A stretch of DNA of 64,000 nucleotides, taken from NCBI GenBank assembly GCA_964645485.1, contig CAZXZO010000004.1, forward strand, positions 34,352 to 98,351. The letters run 5' to 3'. Origin of the DNA: an uncultured Candidatus Poseidoniales archaeon. Lineage in GTDB: Archaea > Thermoplasmatota > Poseidoniia > Poseidoniales > Thalassarchaeaceae. The position numbers were made by a program, and so were the translations under genes. The notes below the pieces were generated by a model. It was not told the DNA's origin, searched no databases, and saw nothing but the letters and a program-made list of their open reading frames with translations. Below, piece after piece: positions 56,769 to 64,000 of this stretch (the first letter of the stretch is position 1; every line of letters begins with the position of its first letter).

Positions 56769-59360
56769 ATGAAAGAGGGTAGTTCGGATGAACGTGCATC
56801 TCGCCTGATTTCATTGTTTGAGAAAGGCTCAGCCGGCCTTCTTTTTTCCGCTGTTGTAATTACCCTTATTTTCGGCTTGTTTCTGTTCCCCTTACCATCA
56901 TTTCATACCGATTTAGATGCATTTGCGCCTGAAGGTCCAAATGATTCATCTGAAATTAAAATTGAAGAAGCATTCGGGAAAGAGAGGATTCCTCTCTTCA
57001 TACATGTTGAAGTTGATGATGGAAGCAATGTGTTATCAATTGATTCACTCATTCAACAGCAATCTGATTTGAATGATATAATTTCGTGGTCAGAATCACA
57101 TGGTCCCATTGTGTCAGAATACATTGCGATTCCAGACATTATTCAGAGAGGACTTGATGAAACCAAACCGGGCGCGAAATTGAGTGAAGCAACCTCTTGG
57201 CAGGGATTGCTTAACGATACCTTGGACGAAGGGCAAACATGTGCAGATGGCGCAGCGAATGACGAATTATTGATGCTTGCAAGTTTTGGCAGAGATGCAT
57301 TACTCAACAAGGACTTACAATTTGAGTCAACAACCTGTATGTGGCTAGACTCGAACAGGACAACTGGTGATGCCACACCATATGCATCGAGTAATCTTTG
57401 GGTACTCTACATAAGACCTGATTTCGATGACGAGACACGCCAACAAATGGTTAACCTTCTTCGTCTGGAATTCGAGAGTTTAGGAGAAGAAGGGAACCTA
57501 ACTTATGGATTAATTTCAGATGATGTGCTTAGTCATGATATTAACGAAGGCACAATTGACAATCTTGTTTGGCTGATTGCTGGAGCGCTGTTTGTAGTGG
57601 TGGTAATCTTGGCTTTAGCGTTCCGTTCAGCCAGAGGCGTACTTTTTCCACTTGCAGCCCTCTCGATGGCGATTGTTTGGACGTACGGGGCTTTGGCTGC
57701 CATAACTCCTACATTTTCTGTGTTGCATGTGGCTGTGGCACCGGTTGTATTGGGTCTTGGTATTGATTATTCTATACACCTTCAAAGGAGTTATGAAAAA
57801 CGAAGATCAGAAGGAGCGGATACACCAGAAGCATGGGCATTAGCGCTGAATGAATTATATCTAGCTCTAACATTGACGGTTATCACAACAGTAGCCGCTT
57901 TCCTATCAAACGTGGTATCTCCCCTACCACCTGTCCGCTCATTTGGTTTGGCTTTGGCATTTGGTGTCGTTTCGGCATTTGTTACCTCCACGATTGTTGT
58001 AGGTTCTATGCATGTGTTGATGGAGAAATCGTCGAAAAAATTCAGGCCTGAGAGCCACTGGGATTCATTGAAGGTTAGAGCAAGAGAGGTTGTGATTACT
58101 CAGAGAAAGACCCAAGCATTTGCATTAATTTTTGTAGTAATGTTGACTGTTAGCAGTGTTATTGCCGCCGCAGCAAAATTGGAAACTGAGTTTGACCTCA
58201 CAGATTTCCTAGACGAAGACATGGATGTAATGCAAGTTCGGACCGATATTTACACATCTTATGAGGCAACTGGTTGGAGGCCAATCTACATCTTATCAGA
58301 ACCTTTGCCTGGAGAAGTAGCGATTGTTGATGATTTAGAATTCATTGAGGCGAGTAATCTACTGAACCACCGTCTAGAATTAGCCCCGCGGGTAGTTATC
58401 CCCCGAGCAGTGGGAGATGGGGTGCCGATGATTGAATCCATACATACTGTATTGCGGGACGCGATAGAGAGAGATGCTGGATTTGGTGATAGGCACGGAT
58501 TGAGGGTAATTGGCAATGACTTAGTTGAAAACGATTACAATACTGGTGATACGGTTGAAGCCCTGATTGAATTAAGCGAGAATCAATCTGTCGGAGATTC
58601 ATTATCTGGCTCAACTTGGTCAGAGCGAGTAGGAAATGTGGCTCACCTCTCATTTGATTCTGACATTGGGTGTCAAAATGGGTGTTTACTATTCATGAGG
58701 ACAGAAATCATGGTCCAAGTTTCTAGTAATAGCGAGTCGGTGGAAGCAGTTGAAGGCTTAGAAAAAGCAATTTCCCAATCTTCCGGGAAATATGGAGTCC
58801 AGGCTGCAATGTTCGTTAGCGGGGACTCGGTACGCCTTAATTTGGTATTAGAAGGACTAACTACTTCTCAACTTGAGTCTACGGTACTCAGTCTAATTGT
58901 ATCAACCATCGTTTTATTCGCATTAACTCGGCGTATCGGCCTCTCAATAATTGTCGTAACTCCTGTCGCAATTGCTGCGACATGGGTGGTTGGAGCGATG
59001 GCACTGTTAAATCTGAACTGGAACGTTTTGACAGTGATGGTCACAGCCCTAACGATTGGTTTGGGAATTGATTATTCAATCCACGTGTGGCGTAAGTATG
59101 AGGATTTGAAAGAAAAGTTGGATCCTTGGGAGGCAATCAAAGAGATGCACGCGACAACCGGGGTTGCACTCATTCTATCTGCTGGTACCTCAATTTGCGG
59201 ATTCTTGGTGCTCAGACTCTCACCAATGCCAGTCGTCCAAGATTTTGGTGTTGTCACTTCTTTGACAGTGTTCTTTTCGCTAACTTTAGCACTTGGTTTG
59301 ATGCCTCTTCTACTTACTGCGGATAGTCTTAGAGAAAATGGCAATGCTCAGATAGATTGA
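56769..59360 (+). CDS. MMPL/RND family transporter
   Basis: VLGLGIDYSIHL, TIGLGIDYSIHV, TTGVALILSAGTSICGF. Confidence 0.9.
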   Translation: MKEGSSDERASRLISLFEKGSAGLLFSAVVITLIFGLFLFPLPSFHTDLDAFAPEGPNDSSEIKIEEAFGKERIPLFIHVEVDDGSNVLSIDSLIQQQSDLNDIISWSESHGPIVSEYIAIPDIIQRGLDETKPGAKLSEATSWQGLLNDTLDEGQTCADGAANDELLMLASFGRDALLNKDLQFESTTCMWLDSNRTTGDATPYASSNLWVLYIRPDFDDETRQQMVNLLRLEFESLGEEGNLTYGLISDDVLSHDINEGTIDNLVWLIAGALFVVVVILALAFRSARGVLFPLAALSMAIVWTYGALAAITPTFSVLHVAVAPVVLGLGIDYSIHLQRSYEKRRSEGADTPEAWALALNELYLALTLTVITTVAAFLSNVVSPLPPVRSFGLALAFGVVSAFVTSTIVVGSMHVLMEKSSKKFRPESHWDSLKVRAREVVITQRKTQAFALIFVVMLTVSSVIAAAAKLETEFDLTDFLDEDMDVMQVRTDIYTSYEATGWRPIYILSEPLPGEVAIVDDLEFIEASNLLNHRLELAPRVVIPRAVGDGVPMIESIHTVLRDAIERDAGFGDRHGLRVIGNDLVENDYNTGDTVEALIELSENQSVGDSLSGSTWSERVGNVAHLSFDSDIGCQNGCLLFMRTEIMVQVSSNSESVEAVEGLEKAISQSSGKYGVQAAMFVSGDSVRLNLVLEGLTTSQLESTVLSLIVSTIVLFALTRRIGLSIIVVTPVAIAATWVVGAMALLNLNWNVLTVMVTALTIGLGIDYSIHVWRKYEDLKEKLDPWEAIKEMHATTGVALILSAGTSICGFLVLRLSPMPVVQDFGVVTSLTVFFSLTLALGLMPLLLTADSLRENGNAQID

Positions 59361-59370
59361 TTTCTGCAAA

Positions 59371-60072
59371 TCAATTATCTGATGGAATTAGGTTCTCAAG
59401 ATCAACTTGTAATTCTCTAGCGACTAAAATAAGAGCCATCCAAATAGTAACATGGCCGAGAGATTTCCGCTTCCTTTGTGCCCGTCTCATCACTTCTTGA
59501 CGGGCAAGATTTGATTCTTTTGAAATCAGTTGTAGCAACGTTGGTACATTGTAGGATTGTAGCCCTATGTCTTCAACTATAGATTCCAATCCATCGGATT
59601 CCGTCGAATCATCAGGTGTATTCCCATCTCCCCCATCGTTGTTAATCTCGGAGTCATCTGAAATTTTTCCATCTGTCCCACTACTGTCTAATTCCGCATC
59701 ATTTACATCTTCTCTTTCTTTGGAATTACTCTTCGATGGAATACTTAGCGAGTCCGTTTCAGTAGAAATTTGGGGGCAGTTCGGCGGTTGGTCAAGGACT
59801 GTGGTTCGCGGGAACCACCCTAATGGGACGGATACATCGTCCAATTCAGTATTGCTTGTAAGCATGTCATTTTTAGAAACTAACCAACCTTTTGCAAGTA
59901 GTTTAGTGAGTAAGATTTCAGCATCCGTGGGGGCTAGCCAGCCAAGGTCAAGACTCCATGTCCTAGTGATTGAACTTGCATCAAGGGGTTCATTCCCCCA
60001 AGTTCTCCATGTCATCGCTAGAAGCCTGCGAATATCATTTTCTGCTTCTTTTGCTTGACTCATTTCAATCAC
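59371..60072 (-). CDS. DUF2240-like protein with acidic linker
   Basis: TWSLDLGWLAP.DAEILL, C-terminal ALILVARELQVD. Confidence 0.7.
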   Translation of the reverse strand: MIEMSQAKEAENDIRRLLAMTWRTWGNEPLDASSITRTWSLDLGWLAPTDAEILLTKLLAKGWLVSKNDMLTSNTELDDVSVPLGWFPRTTVLDQPPNCPQISTETDSLSIPSKSNSKEREDVNDAELDSSGTDGKISDDSEINNDGGDGNTPDDSTESDGLESIVEDIGLQSYNVPTLLQLISKESNLARQEVMRRAQRKRKSLGHVTIWMALILVARELQVDLENLIPSDN

Positions 60073-60649
60073 CTAGCATACGCGCACCATCTAGTAGCCA
60101 GCCAGCGATATGGTCATTACTTCTAAGGGACACCTTCTGTCCTTCACCTGGCGCAAGCCACCAATTGAATGAATTACGAAGGTTTGATGGAAGCCTGTCC
60201 ATCACAAAAGAAAGATCTCCTTTCCTTGAACTAATCAAAACTACAGACTGAGGGCCTATTCGTTTTACTTCGTGTAGGCGTGGTGTAAGGGTGTCAGTGA
60301 TGTAAGTAAGTGAAACTTCACTTGGAAGTTTTATCCTTACCATTACTCGCTCAGTTACCGCATGGCCGAGTGCAATTTCCTTATCTTTTGCAAACAAATC
60401 AATCGTTGTACGATGACACCCAATCATCAGTAAATCCATAACTTCTTTGTGGGAAATTGCGCCAGCATCAATCTGAACATCTTCATACTCATCAATGAAG
60501 TCTCTTAGGACACTGAACGGTAATCCTGAAACTTTTTGGTCACGAAATTCGATATGTAAAGGGTATGCAAGCAGCCTAGGGTCATCAAATCCAATTGGGC
60601 CAGGCCACAAGCCATCAACACCCCAGACGAACCTCGCCCTGTTCTCCAT
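60065..60649 (-). CDS. Hypothetical protein, weak HisA/HisF-related TIM-barrel resemblance
   Basis: VQIDAGAISHKEVMDLLMIGCHR resembles the HisA DxG..D.L..Ga segment. Confidence 0.45.
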   Translation of the reverse strand: MENRARFVWGVDGLWPGPIGFDDPRLLAYPLHIEFRDQKVSGLPFSVLRDFIDEYEDVQIDAGAISHKEVMDLLMIGCHRTTIDLFAKDKEIALGHAVTERVMVRIKLPSEVSLTYITDTLTPRLHEVKRIGPQSVVLISSRKGDLSFVMDRLPSNLRNSFNWWLAPGEGQKVSLRSNDHIAGWLLDGARMLGD

Positions 60650-60784
60650 AACCTATGCTGAATAGCCAAAGTGCATCAAGTATGTGCTTCACTATAAGCA
60701 CAAAAACAAAGACAAGGGAACTTTTGCGCGCCCACAGGCATTACGAGTGAATGGCTAAAATAGGGTCAATGGTAAGGGGGTTAT

Positions 60785-61993
60785 GTGATGGACAGGTATA
60801 TTGCAAGAGATCCAAAGACTGGACTCCCGCTACAAGTAGGGGAAAGGGGTATACCTAGCCATGTTGATGAAGCTTATCGAGCACCTCAAGGTCATTGGGA
60901 CGCAATCAAACATTTTGACATCATACCATTGTGCGATGGTTCAATTCAGGCTTTGGAGGTTCGATGGAAAGAAATTCCACAACTCGTATCTCGGGCAGAT
61001 GGTATCAGAGCGTTACCTAGAGTAATGCGAAGTGATTCTGATGCTGTTCAAGAACAATTGAAAATAGCTCTTTCCGATATCAATCCAGAAATTAGGATTT
61101 CTGCTCTTTTTTCTCTACCTTATTGTGCCCTTGTTGAAGCAGAGGATTTGTTTGAACATCTAAATGAACTACTTGATGATGTAGACCCATTAGTAAGAAA
61201 ATCAGCATCAAATTGTCTCGAAATAGTATCCCCGGTTTTTCCTTCGGCGACTGAAGAAATTTTAACTCAAGAGTTGCGCTCTAACAATATCAATCGCCGT
61301 AAACCGGCTTACAATGCTCTGAAAGAGATGTGTAAAGTTTGGCCTGAGGTAGTTGTGTTTCATCTTGATGACCTGCTACGCCTTGAGGATGATAAGTTAA
61401 GGCTGGAAGCAGCAAAGATCCTGCCGCCACTTGCTCGAACTAAATCGGCTTCCGTTTGGGATTTGATTGGGTGGGCACTTTGTGATGATTCAGACAAAGT
61501 TCGGTCCCAAGCAGCTCGAACTTTACCAACACTTGCTGCTACACAACCAAGAATGGCTAAAATCCTCATTGAAAACTCTTTGTTCGATACCTGTGCAGCA
61601 GTTCGAAAACCAGCATTACGTGCATTAAATTCAATGGATATCACTGGTTTCAGAATGAACCGTCTTTGTATTGATGGCGCTCGCCATAGTGACCCTGCAA
61701 TTAGAAGAGCGTGTATTATGATGATGCCTCGTTTATTCACCGAATCTGAGATGAGGATACAGGCTGCAGAATTATTGCGTCAAGAAACTAAACCGGACCT
61801 AATTTTATTGCTTGAGGAGTTATCTAGAGATCCAGAAATAGATGGCGGTGAAGATGAGAAAAATCGCTATTTGGCGAAGGCTCCACCGGCTACAGACATC
61901 GATGGCATGCCGATTTTACCACCTGCTGATTTACCGCTCCAGAAGCAACTTCCAAGCGTAGAAAAAAGGGATGAGCCCAAATCTAAAGAGTAA
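60785..61993 (+). CDS. HEAT-repeat protein
   Basis: Repeated L.D.D..VR..A motifs (LSDINPEIRISA, LDDVDPLVRKSA, LCDDSDKVRSQA). Confidence 0.85.
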   Translation: MMDRYIARDPKTGLPLQVGERGIPSHVDEAYRAPQGHWDAIKHFDIIPLCDGSIQALEVRWKEIPQLVSRADGIRALPRVMRSDSDAVQEQLKIALSDINPEIRISALFSLPYCALVEAEDLFEHLNELLDDVDPLVRKSASNCLEIVSPVFPSATEEILTQELRSNNINRRKPAYNALKEMCKVWPEVVVFHLDDLLRLEDDKLRLEAAKILPPLARTKSASVWDLIGWALCDDSDKVRSQAARTLPTLAATQPRMAKILIENSLFDTCAAVRKPALRALNSMDITGFRMNRLCIDGARHSDPAIRRACIMMMPRLFTESEMRIQAAELLRQETKPDLILLLEELSRDPEIDGGEDEKNRYLAKAPPATDIDGMPILPPADLPLQKQLPSVEKRDEPKSKE

Positions 61994-62061
61994 TCCAATG
62001 ATTTTCTCTTTGCGTCATTATTAAAGAGGGGCGGCAGGTGGGCGGCTCGCTGAGTGATTAC

Positions 62062-62349
62062 ATGAGTGCAAAATCGGGCGATTGGAAGGCTGAGCAATTT
62101 GAGCGTTTGTGGAACGGTCGAAGTGTCAAAGGAGAGAATCCTGTGAAGGCTGCAAAGTTCCGTCAATACATGCGAGAACACGTCCGCCAAAAGGTTCCTG
62201 ACATAAAATCAGTTAACAATCGCCGCTCTGAACGCAAAGAAGGCGCTGGTGTACACATGGATGAAAATCGATTCTTTACCAAAGAGTACTGTAGAAAGTA
62301 CTGGATGGGCGAGTTACAAGAAGAAATACGTGAAGCTGAGTCTTACTGA
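62062..62349 (+). CDS. Small basic hypothetical protein
   Basis: Clean ORF between two plus-strand genes. Confidence 0.65.
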   Translation: MSAKSGDWKAEQFERLWNGRSVKGENPVKAAKFRQYMREHVRQKVPDIKSVNNRRSERKEGAGVHMDENRFFTKEYCRKYWMGELQEEIREAESY

Positions 62350-62366
62350 GCATTACAGGTGAGTGC

Positions 62367-63803
62367 ATGGCCAACAAGTCGGCATTATCCAGGGTCAAGT
62401 TCACTTCGTGGGACTTAGACCCATCAGTTCTCGCTGCTATTTCAAATCAAGGCTGGGACTTTGCTACTCAGATACAAGCCGAGGCAATCCCGCTTGCTCG
62501 CAACGGCCGTGACGTTGTAGGCCAAGCACGAACTGGTTCTGGAAAGACCGTTGCTTTTGGAATTCCAACTATTGAATCCACATCTCCAAATGGAGGTCTC
62601 CAAGCAATTATAATCACTCCTACAAGAGAATTAGCACAACAAGTCGCTGAAGAATTACAGTGGCTGCAAGGTGAAAAGGGATTAGGAATCATTACTGTCT
62701 ATGGTGGCACTGATATAGACAAACAAGCCAAAAAATTGGCACAGGGTGTAGAGATTGTTGTTGGAACCCCAGGTCGAATAATTGACATGAGTAAACGGGG
62801 TCATCTCAAACTCGAAACCATTTCCACTCTATGTCTTGATGAGGCTGACAGAATGCTCGACATGGGGTTCTTTCCTGACATCCTATGGGTTTTAGAAAAG
62901 ATGGTGAACAGGAAGCAAACTATGCTTTTCAGTGCTACTTTCCCCGATGAAGTATTAGAAGCAGCAAATACATTCATCACCGATGCAGAACATGTAATGT
63001 CAGATGATTTAGAGGTTGAAATTCCTGAGATTGAACAAATGCATATCTCAATTGGGCGTGCCAACAAATTGTGGGCATTAGGGCGTATTATTGTCAACAT
63101 GGATGATGATGACCAGATGATGATTTTTTCAAATACCAAAAGAATGGTAGATTTACTAGCACAGCGATTGAACAAATTCAGATTCAACGCAGTTGGGCTA
63201 CACGGTGATATGCCTCAAAATAAACGTGGTAGAATTATCGACTCCTTCAAAGAGGGTAGTGAGAAGATTCTCATTTGTACAGATGTAGCTGCGCGTGGAA
63301 TAGATGTTGACGGCGTGACAATCGTTGTAAATTATGATCTTCCTATTGATGTTGAAAGTTATGTTCACCGAATTGGAAGAACTGGAAGAATGGGTCGAAA
63401 AGGTACGGCTTGGTCATTCGTAAGCAGTGAAGATGAGGGCCAATTGAAGAAAATATCAGCAACTTGGAATCTAACTATTCCCGAGTCAGAACCACCTTCA
63501 TTGCCTAAGGGTGTTGATAGAGACCCCGTGCGCAAACAACAAGATTGGGGTGAAGTAGCCAATAATTTTGGTATGGTTCCGGTGAAAGTCTCGGTTGGCA
63601 AGCACCAAGGAGTTACAAATCATACTTTGACAAATTGGTTCTCAAATGAAGCAAAACTTGACCAACTCGCAATCGGAGAAGTTTCTATTGATGAGGATTC
63701 TAGTAAGGTTGAAATCCATCTTGATAAAGTTGAATCAGTCATCAAAGTGATGGCAAACCGGGATTGGAAGGGAAATTCAGTAAATCTAGAGATACTGAAA
63801 TAG
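62367..63803 (+). CDS. DEAD-box RNA helicase with DbpA-like C-terminal RNA-binding domain
   Basis: Q motif, ARTGSGKT, PTRELA, GTPGR, DEAD, FSAT, YVHRIGRTGR. Confidence 0.95.
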   Translation: MANKSALSRVKFTSWDLDPSVLAAISNQGWDFATQIQAEAIPLARNGRDVVGQARTGSGKTVAFGIPTIESTSPNGGLQAIIITPTRELAQQVAEELQWLQGEKGLGIITVYGGTDIDKQAKKLAQGVEIVVGTPGRIIDMSKRGHLKLETISTLCLDEADRMLDMGFFPDILWVLEKMVNRKQTMLFSATFPDEVLEAANTFITDAEHVMSDDLEVEIPEIEQMHISIGRANKLWALGRIIVNMDDDDQMMIFSNTKRMVDLLAQRLNKFRFNAVGLHGDMPQNKRGRIIDSFKEGSEKILICTDVAARGIDVDGVTIVVNYDLPIDVESYVHRIGRTGRMGRKGTAWSFVSSEDEGQLKKISATWNLTIPESEPPSLPKGVDRDPVRKQQDWGEVANNFGMVPVKVSVGKHQGVTNHTLTNWFSNEAKLDQLAIGEVSIDEDSSKVEIHLDKVESVIKVMANRDWKGNSVNLEILK

Positions 63804-63859
63804 GTCGAATATTCCAAACTCAATTGTCTACTATTTTTTCCTTTACCTAGGATTTCATA

Positions 63860-64000
63860 AGTTATTCACTAGAATTGTGATTTTACAATCTAGTCAATTT
63901 TGCTAACTCCAAATGACTATGAATTTACTCCTTTAATGTGGATTGCATCAGTTATTCACTAGAATTGTGATTTTACAATTTAGTCTATTTGCTAATTCCA
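63860..64000. repeat. 90-bp-period tandem repeat, truncated by the window edge
   Basis: AGTTATTCACTAGAATTGTGATTTTACAAT is identical at 63860-63889 and 63950-63979; near-identity continues for about 20 more bp. Confidence 0.88.

Noticed and set aside
63860-64000. CRISPR array interpretation of the 30-bp repeats
   Set aside because: The intervening sequence is itself conserved between units rather than being a unique spacer, the period is 90 bp, and no cas genes are in the window

Overview
64 kb of archaeal chromosome, about 40% GC by eye. The gene repertoire (rpoA'', rpl30e, psmB-aCPSF1, rpoL, ef1b, PurP, archaeal AsnRS/TrpRS, plus PlsC, two MMPL/RND transporters, TSP3-repeat and giant surface proteins) points to Marine Group II Euryarchaeota (Ca. 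Poseidoniales); this assignment is inferred, not computed. Most of the window is housekeeping genes, with tRNA-Pro(TGG), tRNA-Lys(CTT) and the RNase P RNA. Accessory content: a low-GC metallopeptidase/lipoprotein island, an Hpy99I-like type II R-M system beside a bacterial-type thyA-folA pair, and an att-like duplication of the tRNA-Pro 3' end. The best leads are: (1) paired TTCACTTTCA boxes, matching the haloarchaeal UV-inducible promoter motif, with the same architecture upstream of an SSB/RPA-like gene and of an 88-aa orphan, suggesting a DNA-damage regulon; (2) four paralogous coiled-coil proteins clustered with a Roadblock protein and a KaiC-like ATPase; (3) a thioredoxin/VKOR/DsbB disulfide locus; (4) apparent pseudoenzymes (PdaD-like, GT2-like); (5) two related 89/90-bp tandem hairpin repeats. 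All family calls come from motif recognition and recalled sequences; no database search was run.
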